Assembly: GCA_964016885.1 (NCBI GenBank)
Contig: OZ024763.1
Span: 22,816,001 to 22,880,000 of the forward strand
Direction of reading: 5' to 3'
DNA length: 64,000 bases
Origin: Eledone cirrhosa
Taxonomy: Eukaryota
The notes beneath the pieces are model-generated. The model saw only the letters and a list, made by a program, of their open reading frames with translations, did no database searches and was not told the DNA's origin. Shown here piece by piece: positions 42,101 to 57,100 of the stretch; the first letter of the stretch is position 1, and every line of letters starts with the position of its first letter. The translations under genes and the position numbers were made by a program.

Positions 42101-45100
42101 CACTTTCCTCCTCCACCAAACTACTGGCCTAATACACTGGGGTAGACTTAATCCACTTTCCTCCTCCATCAAACTACTGGCCTAATACACTGGGGTAGAC
42201 TTAATCCACTTTCCCCTTCCATCAAACTACTGGCCTAATACACTGGGGTAGACTTAATCCACTTTCCTCTTCCACCAAACTACTGGCCTAATACACTGGG
42301 GTAGACTTAATCCACTTTCCTCCTCCATCAAACTACTGGCCTAATACACTGGGGTAGATTTAATTCACTTTCCTCTTCCACCAAACTACTGGCCTAATAC
42401 ACTGGGGTAGACTTAATCCACTTTCCTCCTCCATCAAACTACTGGCCTAATACACTGGGGTAGACTTAATCCACTTTCCCCTTCCATCAAACTACTGGCC
42501 TAATACACTGGGGTAGACTTAATCCACTTTCCTCTTCCACCAAACTACTGGCCTAATACACTGGGGTAGACTTAATCCACTTTCCTCCTCCATCAAACTA
42601 CTGGCCTAATACACTGGGGTAGATTTAATTCACTTTCCTCTTCCACCAAACTACTGGCCTAATACACTGGGGTAGACTTAATCCACTTTCCTCCTCCATC
42701 AAACTACTGGCCTAATACACTGGGGTAGACTTAATCCACTTTCCCCTTCCATCAAACTACTGGCCTAATACACTGGGGTAGACTTAATCCACTTTCCCCT
42801 TCCATCAAACTACTGGCCTAATACACTGGGGTAGACTTAATCCACTTTCCTCTTCCACCAAACTACTGGCCTAATACACTGGGGTAGACTTAATCCACTT
42901 TCCTCTTCCACCAAACTACTGGCCTAATACACTGGGGTAGACTTAATCCACTTTCCCCTTCCATCAAACTACTGGCCTAATACACTGGGGTAGACTTAAT
43001 CCACTTTCCCCTTCCATCAAACTACTGGCCTAATACACTGGGGTAGACTTAATCCACTTTCCTCCTCCATCAAACTACTGGCCTAATACACTGGGGTAGA
43101 CTTAATTCACTTTCCTCTTCCACCAAACTACTGGCCTAATACACTGGGCTAGACTTAATCCACTTTCCTCCTCCATCAAACTACTGGCCTAATACACTGG
43201 GGTAGACTTAATTCACTTTCCCCTTCCATCAAACTACTGGCCTAATACACTGGGGTAGACTTAATCCACTTTCCTCCTCCATCAAACTACTGGCCTAATA
43301 CACTGGGGTAGACTTAATTCACTTTCCTCTTCCACCAAACTACTGTCCTAATACACTGGGGTAGACTTAATCCACTTTCCCCTTCCATCAAACTACTGGC
43401 CTAATACACTGGGGTAGACTTAATCCACTTTCTCCTTCCACCAAACTACTGGCCTAATACACTGGGGTAGACTTAATCCACTTTCCTCCTCCATCAAACT
43501 ACTGGCCTAATACACTGGGGTAGACTTAATCCACTTTCCTCCTCCATCAAACTACTGGCCTAATACACTGGGGTAGATTTAATTCACTTTCCTCTTCCAC
43601 CAAACTACTGGCCTAATACACTGGGGTAGACTTAATCCACTTTCCTCCTCCATCAAACTACTGGCCTAATACACTGGGGTAGACTTAATCCACTTTCCTC
43701 CTCCACCAAACTACTGGCCTAATACACTGGGGTAGACTTAATCCACTTTCCCCTTCCATCAAACTACTGGCCTAATACACTGGGGTAGACTTAATCCACT
43801 TTCCTCTTCCACCAAACTACTGGCCTAATACACTGGGGTAGACTTAATCCACTTTCCTCTTCCACCAAACTACTGGCCTAATACACTGGGGTAGACTTAA
43901 TCCACTTTCCTCTTCCACCAAACTACTGGCCTAATACACTGGGGTAGACTTAATCCACTTTCCTCTTCCACCAAACTACTGGCCTAATACACTGGGGTAG
44001 ACTTAATCCACTTTCCTCTTCCACCAAACTACTGGCCTAATACACTGGGGTAGACTTAATCCACTTTCCTCTTCCACCAAACTACTGGCCTAATACACTG
44101 GGGTAGACTTAATCCACTTTCCTCCTCCACCAAACTACTGGCCTAATACACTGGGGTAGACTTAATCCACTTTCCTCCTCCACCAAACTACTGGCCTAAT
44201 ACACTGGGGTAGACTTAATCCACTTTCCTCCTCCACCAAACTACTGGCCTAATACACTGGGGTAGACTTAATCCACTTTCCTCCTCCACCAAACTACTGG
44301 CCTAATACACTGGGGTAGACTTAATCCACTTTCCTCTTCCACCAAACTACTGGCCTAATACACTGGGGTAGACTTAATCCACTTTCCTCCTCCACCAAAC
44401 TACTGGCCTAATACACTGGGGTAGACTTAATCCACTTTCCTCCTCCACCAAACTACTGGCCTAATACACTGGGGTAGACTTAATCCACTTTCCTCTTCCA
44501 CCAAACTACTGGCCTAATACACTGGGGTAGACTCAATCCAATTTCCTCTTCCATCAAACTACTGGCCTAATACACTGGGGTAGACTTAATCCACTTTCCT
44601 CTTCCATCAAACTACTGGCCTAATACACTGGGGTAGACTTAATCCACTTTCCTCTTCCATCAAACTACTGTCCTAATACACTGGGGTAGACTTAATCCAC
44701 TTTCACCTTACACCAAACTACTGGCCTAATACACTGGGGTAGACTTAATCCACTTTCCTCTTCCATCAAACTACTGGCCTAATACACTGGGGTAGACTTA
44801 ATCCACTTTCCCCTTCCATCAAACTACTGGCCTAATGCACTGGGGTAGACTTAATCCACTTTCCTCTTCCACCAAACTACTGGCCTAATACACTGGGGTA
44901 GACTTAATCCACTTTCCTCTTCCACCAAACTACTGGCCTAATACACTGGGGTAGACTTAATCCACTTTCCTCTTCCACCAAACTACTGGCCTAATACACT
45001 GGGGTAGACTTAATCCACTTTCACCTTACACCAAACTACTGGCCTAATACACTGTGGTAGACTTAATCCACTTTCCTCTTCCATCAAACTACTGGCCTAA

Positions 45101-48100
45101 TACACTGGGGTAGACTTCATCCACTTTCCTCTTCCATCAAACTACTGGCCTAATACACTGTGGTAGACTTAATCCACTTTCCTCTTCCATCAAACTACTG
45201 GCCTAATACACTGTGGTAGACTTAATCCACTTTCCTCTTCCATCAAACTACTGGCCTAATACACTGGGGTAGACTTAATCCACTTTCCTCTTCCACCAAA
45301 CTACTGGCCTAATACACTGGGGTAGACTTAATCCACTTTCACCTTACACCAAACTACTGGCCTAATACACTGTGGTAGACTTAATCCACTTTCCTCTTCC
45401 ACCAAACTACTGGCCTAATACACTGGGGTAGACTTAATCCACTTTCCTCTTCCACCAAACTACTGGCCTAATACACTGTGGTAGACTTAATCCACTTTCC
45501 TCTTCCATCAAACTACTGGCCTAATGCACTGGGGTAGACTTAATCCACTTTCCTCTTCTACCAAACTACTGGCCTAATACACTGGGGTAGACTTAATCCA
45601 CTTTCCCCTTCCATCAAACTACTGGCCTAATGCACTGGGGTAGACTTAATCCACTTTCCTCTTCCACCAGACTACTGGCCTGATACACTGGGGTAGACTT
45701 AATCCACTTTCCTCTTCCACCAAACTACTGGCCTAATACACTGGGGTAGACTTAATCCACTTTCCCCTTCCACCAAACTACTGGCCTAATACACTGGGGT
45801 AGACTTAATCCACTTTCCTCTTCCACCAAACTACTGGCCTAATACACTGGGGTAGACTTAATCCACTTTCCCCTTCCACCAAACTACTGGCCTAATACAC
45901 TGGGGTAGACTTAATCCACTTTCCTCTTCCATCAAACTACTGGCCTAATACACTGGGGTAGACTTAATCCACTTTCCCCTTCCACCAAACTACTGGCCTA
46001 ATACACTGGGGTAGACTTAATCCACTTTCCTCTTCCATCAAACTACTGGCCTAATACACTGGGGTAGACTTAATCCACTTTCCTCTTCCACCAAACTACT
46101 GGCCTAATACACTGGGGTAGACTTAATCCACTTTCCCCTTCCACCAAACTACTGGCCTAATACACTGGGGTAGACTTAATCCACTTTCCTCTTCCATCAA
46201 ACTACTGGCCTAATACACTGGGGTAGACTTAATCCACTTTCCCCTTCCACCAAACTACTGGCCTAATACACTGGGGTAGACTTAATCCACTTTCCTCTTC
46301 CATCAAACTACTGGCCTAATACACTGGGGTAGACTTAATCCACTTTCCTCTTCCACCAAACTACTGGCCTAATACACTGGGGTAGACTTAATCCACTTTC
46401 CCCTTCCACCAAACTACTGGCCTAATACACTGGGGTAGACTTAATCCACTTTCACCTTACAGCAAACTACTGGCCTAATACATTGGGGTAGACTTAATCC
46501 ACTTTCCCCTTCCACCAAACTACTGGCCTAATACACTGGGGTAGACTTAATCCACTTTCCTCCTCCACCAAACTACTGGCCTAATACACTGGGGTAGACT
46601 TAATCCACTTTCCCCTTCCATCAAACTACTGGCCTAATACACTGGGGTAGACTTAATCCACTTTCCTCCTCCATCAAACTACTGGCCTAATACACTGGGG
46701 TAGACTTAATCCACTTTCCCCTTCCACCAAACTACTGGCCTAATACACTGGGGTAGACTTAATCCACTTTCCCCTTCCACCAAACAACTGGCCTAATACA
46801 CTGGGGTAGACTTAATCCACTTTCCCCTTCCACCAAACTACTGGCCTAATACACTGGGGTAGACTTAATCCACTTTCCTCCTCCACCAAACTACTGGCCT
46901 AATACACTGGGGTAGACTTAATCCACTTTCCCCTTCCACCAAACTACTGGCCTAATACACTGGGGTAGACTTAATCCACTTTCCTCTTCCATCAAACTAC
47001 TGGCCTAATACACTGGGGTAGACTTAATCCACTTTCCCCTTCCACCAAACTACTGGCCTAATACACTGGGGTAGACTTAATCCACTTTCCTCTTCCATCA
47101 AACTACTGGCCTAATACACTGGGGTAGACTTAATCCACTTTCCCCTTCCATCAAACTACTGGCCTAATGCACTGGGGTAGACTTAATCCACTTTCCTCTT
47201 CCATCAAACTACTGGCCTAATACACTGGGGTAGACTTAATCCACTTTCCCCTTCCACCAAACTACTGGCCTAATACACTGGGGTAGACTTAATCCACTTT
47301 CCTCTTCCACCAAACTACTGGCCTAATACACTGGGGTAGACTTAATCCACTTTCCTCTTCCACCAAACTACTGGCCTAATACACTGGGGTAGACTTAATC
47401 CACTTTCCTCTTCCACCAAACTACTGGCCTAATACGCTGTGGTAGACTTAATCCACTTTCCTCTTCCATCAAACTACTGGCCTAATGCACTGGGGTAGAC
47501 TTAATCCACTTTCCTCTTCTACCAAACTACTGGCCTAATACACTGGGGTAGACTTAATCCACTTTCCCCTTCCATCAAACTACTGGCCTAATGCACTGGG
47601 GTAGACTTAATCCACTTTCCTCTTCCACCAGACTACTGGCCTAATACACTGGGGTAGACTTAATCCACTTTCCTCCTCCACCAGACTACTGGCCTAATGC
47701 ACTGGGGTAGACTTAATCCACTTTCCTCTTCCACCAGACTACTGGCCTAATGCACTGGGGTAGACTTAATCCACTTTCCTCTTCCACCAAACTACTGGCC
47801 TAATACACTGGGGTAGACTTAATCCACTTTCACCTTACACCAAACTACTGGCCTAATACACTGGGGTAGACTTAATCCACTTTCCTCCTCCACCAAACTA
47901 CTGGCCTAATACACTGGGGTAGACTTAATCCACTTTCCCCTTCCACCAAACTACTGGCCTAATACACTGGGGTAGACTTAATCCACTTTCCTCCTCCACC
48001 AAACTACTGGCCTAATACACTGGGGTAGACTTAATCCACTTTCCCCTTCCACCAAACTACTGGCCTAATACACTGGGGTAGACTTAATCCACTTTCCTCC

Positions 48101-51100
48101 TCCACCAAACTACTGGCCTAATACACTGGGGTAGACTTAATCCACTTTCCCCTTCCACCAAACTACTGGCCTAATACACTGGGGTAGACTTAATCCACTT
48201 TCCCCTTCCACCAAACTACTGGCCTAATACACTGGGGTAGACTTAATCCACTTTCCCCTTCCACCAAACTACTGGCCTAATACACTGGGGTAGACTTAAT
48301 CCACTTTCACCTTACACCAAACTACTGGCCTAATACACTGGGGTAGACTTAATCCACTTTCCCCTTCCACCAAACTACTGGCCTAATACACTGGGCTAGA
48401 CTTAATCCACTTTCCTCTTCCATCAAACTACTGGCCTAATACACTGGGGTAGACTTAATCCACTTTCCCCTTCCACCAAACTACTGGCCTAATACACTGG
48501 GGTAGACTTAATCCACTTTCCTCCTCCACCAAACTACTGGCCTAATACACTGGGGTAGACTTAATCCACTTTCCCCTTCCACCAAACTACTGGCCTAATA
48601 CACTGGGGTAGACTTAATCCACTTTCACCTTACACCAAACTACTGGCCTAATACACTGGGGTAGACTTAATCCACTTTCCCCTTCCACCAAACTACTGGC
48701 CTAATACACTGGGGTAGACTTAATCCACTTTCACCTTACACCAAACTACTGGCCTAATACACTGGGGTAGACTTAATCCACTTTCCCCTTCCACCAAACT
48801 ACTGGCCTAATACACTGGGCTAGACTTAATCCACTTTCCTCTTCCATCAAACTACTGGCCTAATACACTGGGGTAGACTTAATCCACTTTCCCCTTCCAC
48901 CAAACTACTGGCCTAATACACTGGGGTAGACTTAATCCACTTTCCTCCTCCACCAAACTACTGGCCTAATACACTGGGGTAGACTTAATCCACTTTCCCC
49001 TTCCACCAAACTACTGGCCTAATACACTGGGGTAGACTTAATCCACTTTCCTCCTCCACCAAACTACTGGCCTAATACACTGGGGTAGACTTAATCCACT
49101 TTCCCCTTCCACCAAACTACTGGCCTAATACACTGGGGTAGACTTAATCCACTTTCCCCTTCCACCAAACTACTGGCCTAATACACTGGGGTAGACTTAA
49201 TCCACTTTCCCCTTCCACCAAACTACTGGCCTAATACACTGGGGTAGACTTAATCCACTTTCACCTTACACCAAACTACTGGCCTAATACACTGGGGTAG
49301 ACTTAATCCACTTTCCCCTTCCACCAAACTACTGGCCTAATACACTGGGCTAGACTTAATCCACTTTCCTCTTCCATCAAACTACTGGCCTAATACACTG
49401 GGGTAGACTTAATCCACTTTCCCCTTCCACCAAACTACTGGCCTAATACACTGGGGTAGACTTAATCCACTTTCCTCCTCCACCAAACTACTGGCCTAAT
49501 ACACTGGGGTAGACTTAATCCACTTTCCCCTTCCACCAAACTACTGGCCTAATACACTGGGGTAGACTTAATCCACTTTCCCCTACCACCAAACTACTGG
49601 CCTAATACACTGGGGTAGACTTAATCCACTTTCCTCTTCCACCAAACTACTGGCCTAATACACTGGGGTAGACTTAATCCACTTTCCTCTTCCATCAAAC
49701 TACTGGCCTAATACACTGGGGTAGACTTAATCCACTTTCCCCTTCCACCAAACTACTGGCCTAATACACTGGGGTAGACTTAATCCACTTTCACCTTACA
49801 CCAAACTACTGGCCTAATACACTGGGGTAGACTTAATCCACTTTCCCCTTCCACCAAACTATTGGCCTAATACACTGGGGTAGACTTAATCCACTTTCCC
49901 CTTCCACCAAACTACTGGCCTAATACACTGGGGTAGACTTAATCCACTTTCCCCTTCCACCAAACTACTGGCCTAATACACTGGGGTAGACTTAATCCAC
50001 TTTCCTCTTCCACCAAACTACTGGCCTAATACACTGGGGTAGACTTAATCCACTTTCACCTTCCACCAAACTACTGGCCTAATACACTGGGGTAGACTTA
50101 ATCCACTTTCCTCTATCATCAAACTACTGGCCTAATACACTGGGGTAGACTTAATCCACTTTCCTCTTCCACCAAACTACTGGCCTAATACACTGGGGTA
50201 GACTTAATCCACTTTCCCCTTCCACCAAACTACTGGCCTAATACACTGGGGTAGACTTAATCCACTTTCCTCTATCATCAAACTACTGGCCTAATACACT
50301 GGGGTAGACTTAATCCACTTTCCTCTATCATCAAACTACTGGCCTAATACACTGGGGTAGACTTAATCCACTTTCCTCTTCCACCAAACTACTGGCCTAA
50401 TACACTGGGGTAGACTTAATCCACTTTCACCTTCCACCAAACTACTGGCCTAATACACTGGGGTAGACTTAATCCACTTTCCTCTATCATCAAACTACTG
50501 GCCTAATACACTGGGGTAGACTTAATCCACTTTCCTCTTCCACCAAACTACTGGCCTAATACACTGGGGTAGACTTAATCCACTTTCCCCTTCCACCAAA
50601 CTACTGGCCTAATACACTGGGGTAGACTTAATCCACTTTCCCCTTCCACCAAACTACTGGCCTAATACACTGGGGTAGACTTAATCCACTTTCCCCTTCC
50701 ACCAAACTACTGGCCTAATACACTGGGGTAGACTTAATCCACTTTCCCCTTCCACCAAACTACTGGCCTAATACACTGGGGTAGACTTAATCCACTTTCC
50801 CCTTCCACCAAACTACTGGCCTAATACACTGGGGTAGACTTAATCCACTTTCCCCTTCCACCAAACTACTGGCCTAATACACTGGGGTAGACTTAATCCA
50901 CTTTCCCCTACCACCAAACTACTGGCCTAATACACTGGGGTAGACTTAATCCACTTTCCCCTTCCACCAAACTACTGGCCTAATACACTGGGGTAGACTT
51001 AATCCACTTTCCCCTTCCACCAAACTACTGGCCTAATACACTGGGGTAGACTTAATCCACTTTCCCCTTCCACCAAACTACTGGCCTAATACACTGGGGT

Positions 51101-54100
51101 AGACTTAATCCACTTTCCTCTTCCATCAAACTACTGGCCTAATACACTGGGGTAGACTTAATCCACTTTCACCTTCCACCAAACTACTGGCCTAATACAC
51201 TGGGGTAGACTTAATCCACTTTCCCCTTCCACCAAACTACTGGCCTAATACACTGGGGTAGACTTAATCCACTTTCCCCTTCCATCAAACTACTGGCCTA
51301 ATACACTGGGGTAGACTTAATCCACTTTCCCCTTCCACCAAACTACTGGCCTAATACACTGGGGTAGACTTAATCCACTTTCACCTTACACCAAACTACT
51401 GGCCTAATACACTGGGGTAGACTTAATCCACTTTCCCCTTCCACCAAACTACTGGCCTAATACACTGGGGTAGACTTAATCCACTTTCCTCCTCCACCAA
51501 ACTACTGGCCTAATACACTGGGGTAGACTTAATCCACTTTCCCCTTCCACCAAACTACTGGCCTAATACACTGGGGTAGACTTAATCCACTTTCCCCTTC
51601 CACCAAACAACTGGCCTAATACACTGGGGTAGACTTAATCCACTTTCCCCTTCCACCAAACTACTGGCCTAATACACTGGGGTAGACTTAATCCACTTTC
51701 CTCTTCCACCAAACTACTGGCCTAATACACTGGGGTAGACTTAATCCACTTTCCTCTTCCACCAAACTACTGGCCTAATACACTGGGGTAGACTTAATCC
51801 ACTTTCCTCTTCTACCAAACTACTGGCCTAATACACTGGGGTAGACTTAATCCACTTTCCCCTTCCATCAAACTACTGGCCTAATGCACTGGGGTAGACT
51901 TAATCCACTTTCCTCTTCCACCAGACTACTGGCCTAATACACTGGGGTAGACTTAATCCACTTTCCTCTTCCACCAAACTACTGGCCTAATACACTGGGG
52001 TAGACTTAATCCACTTTCCTCTTCCACCAAACTACTGGCCTAATACACTGGGGTAGACTTAATCCACTTTCCTCCTCCACCAAACTACTGGCCTAATACA
52101 CTGGGGTAGACTTAATCCACTTTCCTCTTCCACCAAACTACTGGCCTAATACACTGGGGTAGACTTAATCCACTTTCCCCTTCCACCAAACTACTGTCCT
52201 AATACACTGGGGTAGACTTAATCCACTTTCACCTTACACCAAACTACTGGCCTAATACACTGGGGTAGACTTAATCCACTTTCCTCATCCACCAAACTAC
52301 TGGCCTAATACACTGGGGTAGACTTAATCCACTTTCCCCTTCCACCAAACTACTGTCCTAATACACTGGGGTAGACTTAATCCACTTTCACCTTACACCA
52401 AACTACTGGCCTAATACACTGGGGTAGACTTAATCCACTTTCCTCATCCACCAAACTACTGTCCTAATACACTGGGGTAGACTTAATCCACTTTCACCTT
52501 ACACCAAACTACTGGCCTAATACACTGGGGTAGACTTAATCCACTTTCCTCATCCACCAAACTACTGGCCTAATACACTGGGGTAGACTTAATCCACTTT
52601 CACCTTACACCAAACTACTGGCCTAATACACTGGGCTAGACTTAATCCACTTTCCTCCTCCACCAAACTACTGGCCTAATACACTGGGGTAGACTTAATC
52701 CACTTTCCCCTTCCACCAAACTACTGGCCTAATACACTGGGGTAGACTTAATCCACTTTCCTCCTCCACCAAACTACTGGCCTAATACACTGGGGTAGAC
52801 TTAATCCACTTTCCTCCTCCACCAAACTACTGGCCTAATACACTGGGGTAGACTTAATCCACTTTCCCCTTCCACCAAACTACTGGCCTAATACACTGGG
52901 GTAGACTTAATCCACTTTCCTCCTCCACCAAACTACTGGCCTAATACACTGGGGTAGACTTAATCCACTTTTCCCTTCCACCAAACTACTGGCCTAATAC
53001 ACTGGGGTAGACTTAATCCACTTTCCTCCTCCACCAAACTACTGGCCTAATACACTGGGGTAGACTTAATCCACTTTCCCCTTCCACCAAACTACTGGCC
53101 TAATACACTGGGGTAGACTTAATCCACTTTCCTCCTCCACCAAACTACTGGCCTAATACACTGGGGTAGACTTAATCCACTTTCCCCTTCCACCAAACTA
53201 CTGGCCTAATACACTGGGGTAGACTTAATCCACTTTCCTCCTCCACCAAACTACTGGCCTAATACACTGGGATAGACTTAATCCACTTTCCTCCTCCACC
53301 AAACTACTGGCCTAATACACTGGGGTAGACTTAATCCACTTTCCTCCTCCACCAAACTACTGGCCTAATACACTGGGATAGACTTAATCCACTTTCCTCC
53401 TCCACCAAACTACTGGCCTAATACACTGGGATAGACTTAATCCACTTTCCCCTTCCACCAAACTACTGGCCTAATACACTGGGGTAGACTTAATCCACTT
53501 TCCTCCTCCACCAAACTACTGGCCTAATACACTGGGATAGACTTAATCCACTTTCCTCCTCCACCAAACTACTGGCCTAATACACTGGGGTAGACTTAAT
53601 CCACTTTCCTCCTCCACCAAACTACTGGCCTAATACACTGGGATAGACTTAATCCACTTTCCTCCTCCACCAAACTACTGGCCTAATACACTGGGATAGA
53701 CTTAATCCACTTTCCCCTTCCACCAAACTACTGGCCTAATACACTGGGGTAGACTTAATCCACTTTCCTCCTCCACCAAACTACTGGCCTAATACACTGG
53801 GATAGACTTAATCCACTTTCCTCCTCCACCAAACTACTGGCCTAATACACTGGGGTAGACTTAATCCACTTTCCTCCTCCACCAAACTACTGGCCTAATA
53901 CACTGGGATAGACTTAATCCACTTTCCTCCTCCACCAAACTACTGGCCTAATACACTGGGATAGACTTAATCCACTTTCCCCTTCCACCAAACTACTGGC
54001 CTAATACACTGGGGTAGACTTAATCCACTTTCCTCCTCCACCAAACTACTGGCCTAATACACTGGGGTAGACTTAATCCACTTTCCCCTTCCACCAAACT

Positions 54101-57100
54101 ACTGGCCTAATACACTGGGGTAGACTTAATCCACTTTCCTCTTCCACCAAACTACTGGCCTAATACACTGGGGTAGACTTAATCCACTTTCCTCTTCCAC
54201 CAAACTACTGGCCTAATACACTGGGGTAGACTTAATCCACTTTCACCTTACACCAAACTACTGGCCTAATACACTGGGGTAGACTTAATCCACTTTCCCC
54301 TTCCACCAAACTACTGGCCTAATACACTGGGGTAGACTTAATCCACTTTCCTCTTCCACCAAACTACTGGCCTAATACACTGGGGTAGACTTAATCCACT
54401 TTCACCTTACACCAAACTACTGGCCTAATACACTGGGGTAGACTTAATCCACTTTCCCCTTCCACCAAACTACTGGCCTAATACACTGGGGTAGACTTAA
54501 TCCACTTTCCCCTTCCACCAAACTACTGGCCTAATACACTGGGGTAGACTTAATCCACTTTCCTCTTCCATCAAACTACTGGCCTAATACACTGGGGTAG
54601 ACTTAATCCACTTTCACCTTACACCAAACTACTGGCCTAATACACTGGGGTAGACTTAATCCACTTTCCCCTTCCACCAAACTACTGGCCTAATACACTG
54701 GGGTAGACTTAATCCACTTTCCTCTTCCACCAAACTACTGGCCTAATACACTGGGGTAGACTTAATCCACTTTCCCCTTCCACCAAACTACTGGCCTAAT
54801 ACACTGGGGTAGACTTAATCCACTTTCCTCTTCCATCAAACTACTGGCCTAATACACTGGGGTAGACTTAATCCACTTTCCCCTTCCATCAAACTACTGG
54901 CCTAATGCACTGGGGTAGACTTAATCCACTTTCCTCTTCCACCAAACTACTGGCCTAATACACTGGGGTAGACTTAATCCACTTTCCTCTTCCACCAAAC
55001 TACTGGCCTAATACACTGGGGTAGACTTAATCCACTTTCCTCTTCTACCAAACTACTGGCCTAATACACTGGGGTAGACTTAATCCACTTTCCCCTTCCA
55101 TCAAACTACTGGCCTAATGCACTGGGGTAGACTTAATCCACTTTCCTCTTCCACCAGACTACTGGCCTAATACACTGGGGTAGACTTAATCCACTTTCCT
55201 CTTCCACCAAACTACTGGCCTAATACACTGGGGTAGACTTAATCCACTTTCCTCTTCCACCAAACTACTGGCCTAATACACTGGGGTAGACTTAATCCAC
55301 TTTCCTCCTCCACCAAACTACTGGCCTAATACACTGGGGTAGACTTAATCCACTTTCCTCTTCCACCGAACTACTGGCCTAATACACTGGGGTAGACTTA
55401 ATCCACTTTCCCCTTCCACCAAACTACTGTCCTAATACACTGGGGTAGACTTAATCCACTTTCACCTTACACCAAACTACTGGCCTAATACACTGGGCTA
55501 GACTTAATCCACTTTCACCTTACACCAAACTACTGGCCTAATACACTGGGGTAGACTTAATCCACTTTCCTCTTCCACCAGACTACTGGCCTAATACACT
55601 GGGGTAGACTTAATCCACTTTCCTCTTCCACCAAACTACTGGCCTAATACACTGGGGTAGACTTAATCCACTTTCCTCCTCCACCAAACTACTGGCCTAA
55701 TACACTGGGCTAGACTTAATCCACTTTCCTCCTCCACCAAACTACTGGCCTAATACACTGGGCTAGACTTAATCCACTTTCCTCTTCCACCAGACTACTG
55801 GCCTAATACACTGGGGTAGACTTAATCCACTTTCACCTTACACCAAACTACTGGCCTAATACACTGGGGTAGACTTAATCCACTTTCCTCTTCCACCAGA
55901 CTACTGGCCTAATACACTGGGGTAGACTTAATCCACTTTCCTCTTCCACCAAACTACTGGCCTAATACACTGGGCTAGACTTAATCCACTTTCCTCCTCC
56001 ACCAAACTACTGGCCTAATACACTGGGGTAGACTTAATCCACTTTCACCTTACACCAAACTACTGGCCTAATACACTGGGGTAGACTTAATCCACTTTTC
56101 CCTTCCACCAAACTACTGGCCTAATACACTGGGGTAGACTTAATCCACTTTTCCCTTCCACCAAACTACTGGCCTAATACACTGGGGTAGACTTAATCCA
56201 CTTTCCTCTTCCACCAAACTACTGGCCTAATACACTGGGCTAGACTTAATCCACTTTCCTCCTCCACCAAACTACTGGCCTAATACACTGGGGTAGACTT
56301 AATCCACTTTCACCTTACACCAAACTACTGGCCTAATACACTGGGGTAGACTTAATCCACTTTTCCCTTCCACCAAACTACTGGCCTAATACACTGGGGT
56401 AGACTTAATCCACTTTTCCCTTCCACCAAACTACTGGCCTAATACACTGGGGTAGACTTAATCCACTTTCCTCTTCCACCAAACTACTGGCCTAATACAC
56501 TGGGGTAGACTTAATCCACTTTCACCTTACACCAAACTACTGGCCTAATACACTGGGGTAGACTTAATCCACTTTCCCCTTCCACCAAACTACTGGCCTA
56601 ATACACTGGGGTAGACTTAATCCACTTTCCTCCTCCACCAAACTACTGGCCTAATACACTGGGGTAGACTTAATCCACTTTTCCCTTCCACCAAACTACT
56701 GGCCTAATACACTGGGGTAGACTTAATCCACTTTTCCCTTCCACCAAACTACTGGCCTAATACACTGGGGTAGACTTAATCCACTTTCCTCTTCCACCAA
56801 ACTACTGGCCTAATACACTGGGGTAGACTTAATCCACTTTCACCTTACACCAAACTACTGGCCTAATACACTGGGGTAGACTTAATCCACTTTCCCCTTC
56901 CACCAAACTACTGGCCTAATACACTGGGGTAGACTTAATCCACTTTCCTCTTCCACCAAACTACTGGCCTAATACACTGGGGTAGACTTAATCCACTTTC
57001 ACCTTACACCAAACTACTGGCCTAATACACTGGGGTAGACTTAATCCACTTTCCCCTTCCACCAAACTACTGGCCTAATACACTGGGGTAGACTTAATCC

